From: a virus
Length of the DNA stretch: 64,000 bases
Virus record (IMG/VR): IMGVR_UViG_3300029319_000017
Coordinates: 1 to 64,000 of that record
Direction: 5' to 3' (one strand)
The notes beneath the pieces were generated by a model that did no database searches, had not been told where the DNA came from, and worked only from the letters and a program-made list of their open reading frames with translations. This document shows positions 39,132 to 49,812 of this stretch, in pieces; position 1 is the stretch's first letter; each line of letters opens with the position of its first letter. A program made the position numbers and the translations under genes.

Positions 39132-42100
39132 TTAACACTTTTTTAACATTTTTCTACCCCCTCTTCCATATAAAGATCTATAACCTCCTTCTCTTTGATT
39201 GGTATTGTTGCTTAGTTTTTTAAGATAACCTGCAAATGCATTTGAATACTCGGGAGTACCTTTTTTATCTTCCATACCTGGATTCAGTCTTTGAAAGTCT
39301 AGCTCATGTGTATAAAAATTATCTAATACATTTGTTTGACCTGCAATAGCTCTTGATAAATCATCTTGTGCTTTATATTGTAGGTAATCAGCTCCCATAC
39401 CTGCTATACTTTGTACTGCATTTTGTACAGCCATTAACTTACGATCTTTAGTAGCAGCATCCGCAGCTCTATTAAACTCATCTACAGTTATACGATTTGC
39501 AATATTTTGTCTTGTGTTTTGACTGTTTATTGCAGCTTCTTGTTGTTGTATCTGAGCATTAGCTCTTGCTTCTGCACTACCTATTTGTACATCCTGCGCT
39601 TGTTTTTTACCCCATGATGCCATCTTAGCAGCAATACCTCCAGGGCCTGCTCCACTCTGCTCTATAAATCTACTCATTCCTCTATAGTTGCCTTCATTTT
39701 GTTCTCTTTCTGCATTAAATCTTACTCTATCTAAATGTGTTTCAGGAATTCTACCTGGCTCTGCCATATAGTCTGGTTTTTCTTTAAAAGCCATATATGC
39801 AGGAAGTAATTGTAATCCTGCTCCAAGTAATGGTATTCCTGCTTGTCCTAACCCTCTTAAAAATCCACTTCTCTTTTTAGTATTTTCTTCTTCCGCTGTA
39901 GGAGATTCTTCTTCTATTTCAGGTTCACCAGTCCATTGATATTCATCATCAGGATCTTCATCTATTACAATGTCTAAATAAGGATTAAATTGATATATAT
40001 TAGGATCATATGACCCTGGCTCTACTTCATAAATATCTACTTCTTGCAATTCACTAAATTCTTTTAAAGCATTTAATGTATCTATACCAAATTTACCATC
40101 TACACCTTGTTTATTTTTTCCTAAATCACCTTCTAATATATCTGTTTCTCTTCCACTAAAAAATGTTGGATTAGAATTTTTCAATTCTTCTGAAGGATTC
40201 ATTAAATTACTTTGCAGTAATTTTACATGCTCTGGATTTCTAGGATCAAATGTATCTAATCCTGTAATAGCAGCTGCTTCATCTAAATACTCTGCTATAT
40301 CTTCATCCGTTACTTTATTATATAATCCTGTAAATTCAGTTTTCTTTTTACTATCATTTTTTTTCTTATCATCATTTTTCTTATCATCATTGTTATTAGT
40401 TACAGGGTCATCATTTTTATTGTCAATCTTGTCAACAATTTCAAACGCCCCAAGTTCAGAATTATATCTAATTTCTTTACCTTCAGGAATCTCTATACTT
40501 GATAATGGTTGATATCCTTCTTGATCTAAAACACCACCACCATTTGCATACTTTTTTCTTTCGCCTCCAAGATCATACTTATCTCTACCAGCTGCTTTTT
40601 CTTGTATAGCTGCTAATCGTTCTATATCTTGTTGACTACCACCTTTTTTTAATATATCTTTATGTCTTTGCGCAAAAGATTTTCCTCCTAGTTTTAAATA
40701 ACTAGAGAAAAAATAATCGCTTCCTTGTACTTTATCCATAGTTTCTCCACCCTCAACTTCTGTCATAGGGTCTAATTTAATTCCACCTTGTTCATGTTTT
40801 TTACCAACAAATTCTGTTGCTCCTCCTGGTAATGGTTTTGCTACACCTCCATCTAATTGTTTAGTTCCTCCATGTCTATATCCTAACATCATAGTATTAG
40901 TAGGATCCATTATTGGCCCTGATTGAGATGGTCCAGATGCTGGTGGAACAACTAAAGGCATATTTTTGTTTGCAGCCATATGTTTATCTGTTTTAAGAGT
41001 ACTTTTTGCTGCAGTTTTACCTCCACTTGTTGCAACTTTAAGACTACTCCCAGTATTTACTAATGGTTTTATAGGAGTTTTAGCTAATTTACTTACACCT
41101 TTTATTCCTGCTTTAGCAAAAGATCCTCCCCAAGGAATAAATCCTAAACCAGCCATTCCTGCAGATTTTAGCGCATTCATATAATCACCTTCTTGAAGGT
41201 ACTTACGAGCATCATTTGCATCTAATACTCCAGCAGCAAATCCAGCTAGAGGATTAAACATTCCTGCTACATCAAGAGCTAATCTTGCTTTGTTAGGGTC
41301 TACAGGCCCTCCTACTTCTACCTTTTTTCCATCAGGTGTTCTACTAAAATCATACCCCCCTCCAACAAATTTTCTAGGACTATTTTCTTGACTTGCGTAG
41401 TTTAGGAGCCCGCCCTCCATATAAAAATTTCTGTATCCACCATCTTTATTCATCCTATCATTGTATATCATTTTTTTTAATTTGTTTGCGCGAGTTGCAT
41501 TGTAGTACCTGTTAAGAACAAATGGCTGAGCAAATTTTTCAGCCTCTTCTAAAGCTTCCTTTGTACCTTTTGGTTGACCTTGTTTTGCTAGATTTTCCAT
41601 CCTTTTTCTATCTCCTTCTCTGTATCCACCATCTTGATTTTGACTTCGCTTTAAAGCTGCATCTGTAGGAGCACCTTTACTGCCTGGCTTTCTCATTTTT
41701 TCACCTGATCCTGCTTTTATTCTTTTTCTTTTAGCGTGTATATTAGCCCAAAGACCTGGACGACCTCCTGTTCTTAAAGTTCCCATGTCAGATCCTGTAT
41801 ATTCTTTACCAGTTAAATTACCTGCAAATATAGCTTGATTAGCTTGTGCTTTTCTTGCTTCTTCTTCTGCCTCCATTTCTCTTGCTTCATCTCTAGCCTT
41901 TTTTCCTTTAAGACCGCTACTAATACCTCCTACTACTGCACCAACTCCTGCTCCAATTGCAGTACCAACTCCTGGTATAATACTACCTATTGTAGCTCCT
42001 GTTGCCGCACCTTTACCCATACCGCTTAATACAGTACCTGATGTTTCTCCTACATTCATCGTTGTAGCGTCATCATCATCAGAAACAGCAGTTATACCCT

Positions 42101-42605
42101 GTCCTACTAAATTAGCAGCTTGACCATATAAGTTAGCTTGACCTGCTGTCATACCTTCACCTGCTGCATAATTTTTTGCTGATTGCTCACCAAATATTTT
42201 AGCGTGCATGCCTCCAGGCGCATCAGCTGTACCATATTGACTTTTTAACAATTCCTCTTGATTCATACCAAACATATTTTTATCTTCTTTAAATCTTTCT
42301 GTAGCAAGACTTTGCAATTGAGATGCACCTTGGGTTAAAGATTGATTTAGCATTTGATTAGTTTGATTTCTTTGTGTTTGCTGTTGTTGAAATTGTTGTT
42401 GCCAAGGATTAGCCTGTATTTGAGCTAATTGATTTTCACCAGCATTTATTTGAGCTTGATTAACTTGTTCATACGAAGCTTGAGGTCCTGGATTTATCAT
42501 AGAAGTAGGTACAGTATTATTACCATACATACCTCCCATATTATAATAAGTTATTCTTCCTCCACGTTTGTAGAGTTTTCTTTTTTTAATTTTGTCTTTT
42601 TTCAT
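39132..42605 (-). CDS. modular virion cargo protein with repeated GG motifs, glycine zipper, HE.GG..EVEGGE motif and PG-binding-like domain
   Basis: Likely start MKKDKIKKRK (ATG at 42605); GAATGATIGSIIPGVGTAIGAGVG; KHEQGGI...EVEGGE; VKLLQ...GVDGKFG.DT..AL..F; located between the muzzle and cargo genes. Confidence 0.7.
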   Translation of the reverse strand: MKKDKIKKRKLYKRGGRITYYNMGGMYGNNTVPTSMINPGPQASYEQVNQAQINAGENQLAQIQANPWQQQFQQQQTQRNQTNQMLNQSLTQGASQLQSLATERFKEDKNMFGMNQEELLKSQYGTADAPGGMHAKIFGEQSAKNYAAGEGMTAGQANLYGQAANLVGQGITAVSDDDDATTMNVGETSGTVLSGMGKGAATGATIGSIIPGVGTAIGAGVGAVVGGISSGLKGKKARDEAREMEAEEEARKAQANQAIFAGNLTGKEYTGSDMGTLRTGGRPGLWANIHAKRKRIKAGSGEKMRKPGSKGAPTDAALKRSQNQDGGYREGDRKRMENLAKQGQPKGTKEALEEAEKFAQPFVLNRYYNATRANKLKKMIYNDRMNKDGGYRNFYMEGGLLNYASQENSPRKFVGGGYDFSRTPDGKKVEVGGPVDPNKARLALDVAGMFNPLAGFAAGVLDANDARKYLQEGDYMNALKSAGMAGLGFIPWGGSFAKAGIKGVSKLAKTPIKPLVNTGSSLKVATSGGKTAAKSTLKTDKHMAANKNMPLVVPPASGPSQSGPIMDPTNTMMLGYRHGGTKQLDGGVAKPLPGGATEFVGKKHEQGGIKLDPMTEVEGGETMDKVQGSDYFFSSYLKLGGKSFAQRHKDILKKGGSQQDIERLAAIQEKAAGRDKYDLGGERKKYANGGGVLDQEGYQPLSSIEIPEGKEIRYNSELGAFEIVDKIDNKNDDPVTNNNDDKKNDDKKKNDSKKKTEFTGLYNKVTDEDIAEYLDEAAAITGLDTFDPRNPEHVKLLQSNLMNPSEELKNSNPTFFSGRETDILEGDLGKNKQGVDGKFGIDTLNALKEFSELQEVDIYEVEPGSYDPNIYQFNPYLDIVIDEDPDDEYQWTGEPEIEEESPTAEEENTKKRSGFLRGLGQAGIPLLGAGLQLLPAYMAFKEKPDYMAEPGRIPETHLDRVRFNAEREQNEGNYRGMSRFIEQSGAGPGGIAAKMASWGKKQAQDVQIGSAEARANAQIQQQEAAINSQNTRQNIANRITVDEFNRAADAATKDRKLMAVQNAVQSIAGMGADYLQYKAQDDLSRAIAGQTNVLDNFYTHELDFQRLNPGMEDKKGTPEYSNAFAGYLKKLSNNTNQREGGYRSLYGRGGRKMLKKC

Positions 42606-45600
42606 GTCTGTGGAATTTACGAGCACCCACTTCCGTGGAGTACAAATTTACTAAAAAACTATTAATATTACTAGTGATTAGTCTTATTGCTAGCCATTTA
42701 TCTATCATTTTTCTAGGTCTAAATCTACCATCTGTTACTTTACTGGCTAGTGAACTGCCATTAAATGTTTCATGCATATCAGAAACTATAAATAAAGGTA
42801 ACTGATTTGGAGGTATAGAAGTAAGAGATTGTTGCCCATTTATCATAACTGCATTAATTTCAGTTTCTACTTCAACTCCATCTGTATTTACAGCAACTTC
42901 ACCTACTTGTGAACTATTTGGTATAGGCAAGAAAGATAGCATATATAAGTTATCTAGATCTGGAATAGTTAAATTATTTACTGCACTATGATTTGTAAAA
43001 TCTCTAAATTTATTTATGCACCATTCACATCCATTCTTTCTTGCATTTAACATTTCTGTTATATTTTGTAATCCAGAACTTTGATGAGAATTGTATACAA
43101 CAAATCTGTCAAATCCTGGACCGTGTGTTTTTGTTAATAATAAATTATCTTGTTGGTCCATATCTGGAATACGGTTATCACTACCTCCCATTACACCGCA
43201 TAACGGACATCCACCATAATCAATTTCAGAATCTATAGCTTGGCTAATTCTGTCAGATATCCAACAGAAGTTATAAAATAATTTATTAGTAAATTTATTT
43301 TGATTATGTATTATTTCTAATTCTGATGTGTATCTTCTACCATAATACCATCCTTTTTGTCCTACATAATTATGTTTATAAATTCTATCTCCTATATTTA
43401 ATCTAGAAGTAAAATGTGAAAAATTATTAAACGAGTATAAAGCATTAGATGTGTATGTATATTGATATGGTACATAGTCATGAAATGATATCCACGCTGA
43501 TAATTTTGGAGAATATGAAGCAGTCCATCCATCTCTTTGGAAATAAGTCTCTTTGTTTCCTGGAGATAGTTTTGTTCCCATATAAGGATCATCACTTACA
43601 GGTAAAATTTGCCAAGGCACTTCTTCAATTTCATCTGTAGTAAGAAGATTACCGTTATCATCAGTAGTTACATCAGGAAGTTTTATAAGAAATTGATCTT
43701 CTGCATTTTCTACACCGTATAGATTGGAATTAGAAGGAGAATATGTTATCATACCTACAGGATCTGCAACATTTTGATCTATAAAGTTTTGCCAAGCTTG
43801 TAAAAATAGACTGTTTGGAACAAGTTCTCTTTTAGTTAATAGTATTCTTTGATATACTTCATCGTATGCACTTGTAAATCCAAAAGTTATTGGATTATCT
43901 GGGTAATTAACTTTACCAAATACTTTTAATTTATATGGTAAATTAGTTTGAAACCATTTTTCTAAACCCATAGATGATATGTCATATAACTGATCTGAAA
44001 ATAAATGTACAGATGCATTTCTTTGATCTACATAAAAATAACCAAAGTCTCCTACAAGTGTAGCAAATTGAGATTGTGTTCCACCATACCCTGCTTCTGT
44101 CTGTCTTATTTCTTCTGGCGGCTGTGCAAATAAATCACCGCTGCCTATAAATGCTTGTGATGCATCTCCTAACTCCATAGTCTGCTTACCCTTAGTTCTT
44201 AATATACTATCTTCCATATGGAAATATAGTAAGTTATTAAATGTAGCAATCTTCCATAACTCTCCTCTATTCTTTGGTAGATCTTTAAATTGTAAAGCTA
44301 AGAAAAGTCTGTAGTTATCAATTAAACTGCTATCATCTGATGTAGCGCTTCTAATAACTCTTGTTGGGAAAGAAGACGGTTGAGATATTTGTCTAGGTAA
44401 AGGTACTGTAGATCCAATACTATTAACAACAGAGTAGTCTTCATTATATTTCATGTTATCTACATCAGTACCATCTACAGTATTTTTTAATATTAATAGA
44501 TCACGTGCAGGAGTTCCTGGAAAATAAGAGTCTTTTTTACTATTTACATGTCTAAAGTTAATATTATCTGTAGATTCAACAATAGTATTATATATTACTC
44601 TACAATCTTTTCTTCTTGTAGAATCAAATCTGCCTGGATCTGCAGGAAATTCATCTATATGAAAATTACTTCTAAGTGTTTTTCTATATCCATGTCTACA
44701 TATAAATGTATCCCCTCCAAATATATGTCCTGTTCTAAAATTATCTAGTGCTGGTTGTGCAGCTACTTTTATGTAGTCGTCAATACTCATAGCATTATAA
44801 TTAGGCCATCCATCTGGGTAAACTCCGTCTATTATTGGTGGATTTGTTTGTCTGTTTAATACTACTGGATTAGGACCTTGAACTGCAAATGTAGGATGCA
44901 ACCCATTATCTATTGCGGCTTGAAAACTCATTGTAGATAAATTATCTGTTTCAACAGTAATTCTTGGATTACCTACTCTATCAACTTTAAAAAAGTCATA
45001 GTCTTTTCCTGTTACTTCATACCCTGTCCATACAAGATCTTGTTGATCAAACGGACTGTACATGTCTAGCCTAAATGCATGCATATTAGCTTGGTACATA
45101 AATGGTTGAAATCCAGATTTACCTATCTGCGCTTCAAACATAGCGTCTGCTGGAGGATCTGTTTTTATCCATGGTAATGTACCAGGTAAATCAAATGCAG
45201 GTAATGTACCATATTTTTCATTTAATAATAATGATATATGACTTTCTCCATAATTATTCCAAGTCCTACGTCCAAATCCTAATTGTTTACCGTTAAATAT
45301 ACTATCTCCGTTAAGGTATGTTTTACTTCTTTCTTTAATAGGCCTATTTAAATCTACATGAGTTCCTTGTGATGATAACCATTGATATAAATTTTCTGTG
45401 CCTGTACCACCATTAAATATTCCTAAAGCAGGATCTTGTGCCTCTGAAGGACTGTAAAAATTAAAAGCTGTATGAAGTCCTGTTATTACCTGGTTACTAC
45501 TTGAATAACAAGTTTCAGATCCAGACTCTTGTCTTATAGAAGGTCCGCTAAATGCAATCATTTCTACAATATAATCTAGTTTTAAATGTGTAGCTGCTGT

Positions 45601-48600
45601 AATACTTCTTCTAGCTCCTCCACTATCACCCTGCCCATGACCACGCATTAAATAAAAATCATGAAAACTAATACCTTGATATCCAAATTCCATACCTGCA
45701 TCTGTAGGGTTTGGTAATGGATATCCTTCTTTTTCTACTTGATGTGGATAGTTTAACCAATAAAAGTTTTTATTATTTTCAAAAACAGAATCTAATGAAT
45801 AAGAACTATCAGATATTGTTTCAGTAACATCACCACCACCACTATTTTCACATGAAGGGCGCATAGCCTCATCTACTGTTGCATAAGGATTTACAATGTT
45901 TTGCCCTAGAATTCTTCTTTCATGATGATCTCTATCTGCATAATAAATTCTAAATCCTTGTGTTCTTTCATGTATATGTAAAGGTACTTTTAAATCTTCA
46001 AATTGTATACCTAATGCTCTTACATAATGTCCTATAGATCCTCCATCTACTGCAGAAGTATCTTGAGATTTCCAGTGTACCCACCCACGGCAATCAGCAG
46101 CACGAAATGGAAAAAGTCCACTAGCGTTAATTGCAGTAGAACCCTCTGCTCCTTTTTTATTTGCTTTAGCTATAATAACTCCTTTTGCTTTATCTACAAA
46201 TACAACTGTTAGCTTACTTGAACTAATTGCATTTTGAAAATCAGCAGTACCCCAACCACCATCTTGTTCAATATTATCATCATCTACACTATCTCCCATA
46301 GCACCACTATGAGTATCCCATGTCCAAACACCTTTTCCTTTCTTTTCTATACACCCTGTAGATAAATGCACTGTACCTCCTTTATCTCTACAATCTCCTG
46401 GATTTGCAATTCCATCGTTACTACTTGGTCTAGAACTTTTAAAAAGATATTCATCTGTACCATATGTATTTAACGTATTACCCTCAAGACCTGCAGACCC
46501 ATCCATTAAAAATCCATTGCTAGCATATGGGCTATCACCTGAATCTGTACTATTTTGACTAGCATAAGATCCAATTTTTCCACCATCACGAGCCCCATGA
46601 TTTTGCCAAGCCATAGATATTTTATCTCCCATTTGTGGAAACTCATAACTATTATCATTTAATTCGTAGAACATAAATAATTGATTTTTATTATCTACAT
46701 TACCCATAACATTATGTATTTTAGCATCCTCACCATCAGGGTTAGTAGAATCACTATAAAGACCAGTTTGTAATCCAAGTATTGTAGCAACCTCTACAAG
46801 ATTATCATTGTTCATGTCATTATTACTAGGGTCATCATTACCTTGATATATTCCTAATAATTTTCCAAATATAGTTTCATTATTATCTAAAGCAGTTGTT
46901 CCAAATCCTATTGCTGGCCTTGCTACTCTGTCTGAGCACCATCTAAAGTCAATAGCATATACTTCTTTAACTTCTAAGACAACATCTATTGTAGACGTAT
47001 TATCTACAATAGTTTGATATGTAGGATTTTCATTAGATGGAAAATGATGATGTCTTACACGTCTACCTGCAATACTACCTTCTCGTCTATCAGGATTACT
47101 TGCATCTAGTATTTCCCAGTTAGATGCATTTAATTCATCACTAGGATAAAACTCATTTGTGTTTTGCCAATAGTTCATATTTCTAGAACCTAGTAACATG
47201 CTTGTTTCGAAAAAATGAAATATTCTACCTTTTTGATTAGTTATTTGGTTTAATGCATTTTCAGGATTACTAGGATAAATATCATCAGATTCAAAAGTAA
47301 AATTTATATCAAATATGTCAGTATTATACTGATAAGTAGGAACTCTATTATATTGAAAATCACCGCCTACTGATTCATCTAATCTTAGTGGTGCTCTTCC
47401 TGGTATATGATATGCATAAGACTCTGTACCATCTTCAAGTATAAATGCAATGTAAAATGCATATACTTCATCTCTAGTAAAACCTTTATATTTGTATATA
47501 TTTTTATTATGCCTATATCCTTGAGATCTACTTTCTATATCTCCAGCCTGTAAATTATTAGGAAAAGTATCTATGTACCCATGTTCTAAAACATCAAGAG
47601 TTGCCTCATGCGGATCAAAATATGGAAATGGATGTAAAGCAGGTCTAGATTTAATAAAATTCGCATAGGGTTGATATCCTACATCCTTAGTCCCTTTTAC
47701 GTTTCCTAAGTATAAACTACCATCTAATTGATTTATTGTCTTAGCGGTCTCGTATGAGGCTGTATCAACAATTACATCTTCTACACTGTCAAATCCAGCA
47801 AAACCTTCTAAACCTGTAAATGTAACTGTTTGTAGCTCTACAGTTCCTGCTGTATTTTTTATAGGAAGATCATTTAATTTAAATGTAGTACGTTTACCAT
47901 CTGCTCTTCTTATAACAACAGGTCTTAAATATTCATAGTCTGTATTTAAATTACTAACTGCCCATGAAATAGATTTACCTGATGGTACACCTGCAGGGGC
48001 TCCGTCATACCTTTCTATAGGTAATACACCCTCTACATCTTCTACAATAGATACAGGATTAGCAAGCGTTACATAATTAGTTGAAACAAGATCTCTATCT
48101 ACATATGCAAGAGCTAAAAAATATACACCTGTTTGCAAATTACCTCCTGGATTTATACTGTCAAATTCTACATGGGGTACAGGACCAGACGATGGGAATA
48201 AATCTAACATTCTAATATGATGTGGATTACTAGTTGTTTCAGGATCTAAACCATACAATCTTTCAAAAGGAGCTGATGCACCTTCTGGATTATCTATCCA
48301 TTCTTTTTGCCTAGTAACATTCATTGCTCTAGGCGGATTTAAATTATCTACCCAATATATAAAAAGTTCACCTTCAGGATTTATTTTATAAGTTCCTTCT
48401 ATAAAATTATCTCTACTAAAATTTAAATTAAAGTTTGTCCCTGTTATTGCTACTGAAACATTAACTGTGCTTATATTAGGTCTAAATAATGTAGTATAAG
48501 AATCATTTTCTAACAACCCTATTTCAGAATTGTAATCAGTTGCAAATGTATTAAAAGCTACACTTTGATCAGCATTAAGTATACCTTGTTCATTTCTACG

Positions 48601-48849
48601 AAAAGCTAAAAATAAAATAATTCTATCATCAGTAATTTCTATTGTACCAATAACAACTGCACCTACAGGTAATACACTTTCTGCATCTTCTCCAGGTTTA
48701 ACTGGTACAGTTAATGCTTTAAATGCATGCTCATTAGACAATGCTCCATCTACAGGATGTATTTGTATATTACGGGCATATCTCCACGTTCCTTCTGGCT
48801 GGTCAATATGTGCTGTATCTTTAGAAAGTCCTTTTATATACTTACCCAT
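42586..48849 (-). CDS. tail muzzle / stabilization protein (crAss-type, P22 gp10-like)
   Basis: 2087 aa directly downstream of the ring protein; KGL..D......YA.N; IYW.DN.NPPR..N; G.L..G.Y; L.LGN; RDEVY.F.I; F.GDTFI; W.SFHDY.P. Confidence 0.8.
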   Translation of the reverse strand: MGKYIKGLSKDTAHIDQPEGTWRYARNIQIHPVDGALSNEHAFKALTVPVKPGEDAESVLPVGAVVIGTIEITDDRIILFLAFRRNEQGILNADQSVAFNTFATDYNSEIGLLENDSYTTLFRPNISTVNVSVAITGTNFNLNFSRDNFIEGTYKINPEGELFIYWVDNLNPPRAMNVTRQKEWIDNPEGASAPFERLYGLDPETTSNPHHIRMLDLFPSSGPVPHVEFDSINPGGNLQTGVYFLALAYVDRDLVSTNYVTLANPVSIVEDVEGVLPIERYDGAPAGVPSGKSISWAVSNLNTDYEYLRPVVIRRADGKRTTFKLNDLPIKNTAGTVELQTVTFTGLEGFAGFDSVEDVIVDTASYETAKTINQLDGSLYLGNVKGTKDVGYQPYANFIKSRPALHPFPYFDPHEATLDVLEHGYIDTFPNNLQAGDIESRSQGYRHNKNIYKYKGFTRDEVYAFYIAFILEDGTESYAYHIPGRAPLRLDESVGGDFQYNRVPTYQYNTDIFDINFTFESDDIYPSNPENALNQITNQKGRIFHFFETSMLLGSRNMNYWQNTNEFYPSDELNASNWEILDASNPDRREGSIAGRRVRHHHFPSNENPTYQTIVDNTSTIDVVLEVKEVYAIDFRWCSDRVARPAIGFGTTALDNNETIFGKLLGIYQGNDDPSNNDMNNDNLVEVATILGLQTGLYSDSTNPDGEDAKIHNVMGNVDNKNQLFMFYELNDNSYEFPQMGDKISMAWQNHGARDGGKIGSYASQNSTDSGDSPYASNGFLMDGSAGLEGNTLNTYGTDEYLFKSSRPSSNDGIANPGDCRDKGGTVHLSTGCIEKKGKGVWTWDTHSGAMGDSVDDDNIEQDGGWGTADFQNAISSSKLTVVFVDKAKGVIIAKANKKGAEGSTAINASGLFPFRAADCRGWVHWKSQDTSAVDGGSIGHYVRALGIQFEDLKVPLHIHERTQGFRIYYADRDHHERRILGQNIVNPYATVDEAMRPSCENSGGGDVTETISDSSYSLDSVFENNKNFYWLNYPHQVEKEGYPLPNPTDAGMEFGYQGISFHDFYLMRGHGQGDSGGARRSITAATHLKLDYIVEMIAFSGPSIRQESGSETCYSSSNQVITGLHTAFNFYSPSEAQDPALGIFNGGTGTENLYQWLSSQGTHVDLNRPIKERSKTYLNGDSIFNGKQLGFGRRTWNNYGESHISLLLNEKYGTLPAFDLPGTLPWIKTDPPADAMFEAQIGKSGFQPFMYQANMHAFRLDMYSPFDQQDLVWTGYEVTGKDYDFFKVDRVGNPRITVETDNLSTMSFQAAIDNGLHPTFAVQGPNPVVLNRQTNPPIIDGVYPDGWPNYNAMSIDDYIKVAAQPALDNFRTGHIFGGDTFICRHGYRKTLRSNFHIDEFPADPGRFDSTRRKDCRVIYNTIVESTDNINFRHVNSKKDSYFPGTPARDLLILKNTVDGTDVDNMKYNEDYSVVNSIGSTVPLPRQISQPSSFPTRVIRSATSDDSSLIDNYRLFLALQFKDLPKNRGELWKIATFNNLLYFHMEDSILRTKGKQTMELGDASQAFIGSGDLFAQPPEEIRQTEAGYGGTQSQFATLVGDFGYFYVDQRNASVHLFSDQLYDISSMGLEKWFQTNLPYKLKVFGKVNYPDNPITFGFTSAYDEVYQRILLTKRELVPNSLFLQAWQNFIDQNVADPVGMITYSPSNSNLYGVENAEDQFLIKLPDVTTDDNGNLLTTDEIEEVPWQILPVSDDPYMGTKLSPGNKETYFQRDGWTASYSPKLSAWISFHDYVPYQYTYTSNALYSFNNFSHFTSRLNIGDRIYKHNYVGQKGWYYGRRYTSELEIIHNQNKFTNKLFYNFCWISDRISQAIDSEIDYGGCPLCGVMGGSDNRIPDMDQQDNLLLTKTHGPGFDRFVVYNSHQSSGLQNITEMLNARKNGCEWCINKFRDFTNHSAVNNLTIPDLDNLYMLSFLPIPNSSQVGEVAVNTDGVEVETEINAVMINGQQSLTSIPPNQLPLFIVSDMHETFNGSSLASKVTDGRFRPRKMIDKWLAIRLITSNINSFLVNLYSTEVGARKFHRHEKRQN

Positions 48850-49808
48850 TACATTGATCTATTTAAATTTTCTTTAGTATTCATTTCTTCAAAAAATAAA
48901 CTATGCGCATTAACATCAGGAACCATTCTTACCCATTGATCCATAAAGCTTTGCATTTTATCAATATCTGGGAAGTTAGCATTTGCTCTAGCCTGTGAAC
49001 AATACTTCATCCATTTTTGATCTGCATAGTTATAGTCTATTTTATTATTAGGTTTGTCATATCCTCCTAATAATAATTGTTTAAATATGTACCAAAACAT
49101 AGCTTCTTTATAACTAATGTCATCTGGTACAAGAGGAAAGCAATCCTCATCTACAGGAAAAGCTGTATATGATAAACATACCTGTCCTGATGCAAAAGAT
49201 GTTTTTATATAATTGTAATCTATTATATAAGAATCTTTTGCATTTGATACTTCATTAACACAGTCTACACAATGTATAGACTCTGGAAAAGTACTAGCCC
49301 CATAACATAATGGTACTAAACTAGCACTTGTTCCATCGATCTTGTTGTTAAAAAACATCCCCTCTAAAACAATAATCCTACTGTTAATTTCATTTAACTC
49401 TAGCACATTGCTTTTATATTGTGTATCATATGTCGTTAGATCTGCATTAGTTACATTAGATGCGTTGTCTAATAGATCTGATTCTAGTGTTTGGTTATAT
49501 TCTTGTACAACTGATTTTAGCTCATTTACTTTTGTAGTAAGCGTTTCTAACTCAGCAGCAATAGATGGCTTTACTAAGTTATTTACTGCAACTTGATTAA
49601 TATAATATAGATCGCTAGGTAGCAATGCTTTATTATCTTTAATGTGTAATACAGTCTTTTTTGTAACTAGTTGAGCAGCAGAGCCTATATGCTCTAATGC
49701 TTCACCTATCCACTCTATTGCGTCATCTACCCAATTATCATCATTAGGTTTTAAATCACGCATTACTTTTCTAATAATACCTTTACTTGATGTGTGTCTG
49801 TAAATCAT
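48849..49808 (-). CDS. tail ring (tubular) protein
   Basis: II.KV.RD....D.IEWIGEAL..IG; A.LP.DL; TSF..G.V.LSY.A.PVDE...P.VPD..SY.EA..WYI, typical of crAss ring proteins. Confidence 0.8.
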   Translation of the reverse strand: MIYRHTSSKGIIRKVMRDLKPNDDNWVDDAIEWIGEALEHIGSAAQLVTKKTVLHIKDNKALLPSDLYYINQVAVNNLVKPSIAAELETLTTKVNELKSVVQEYNQTLESDLLDNASNVTNADLTTYDTQYKSNVLELNEINSRIIVLEGMFFNNKIDGTSASLVPLCYGASTFPESIHCVDCVNEVSNAKDSYIIDYNYIKTSFASGQVCLSYTAFPVDEDCFPLVPDDISYKEAMFWYIFKQLLLGGYDKPNNKIDYNYADQKWMKYCSQARANANFPDIDKMQSFMDQWVRMVPDVNAHSLFFEEMNTKENLNRSM

Positions 49809-49812
49809 AGTC

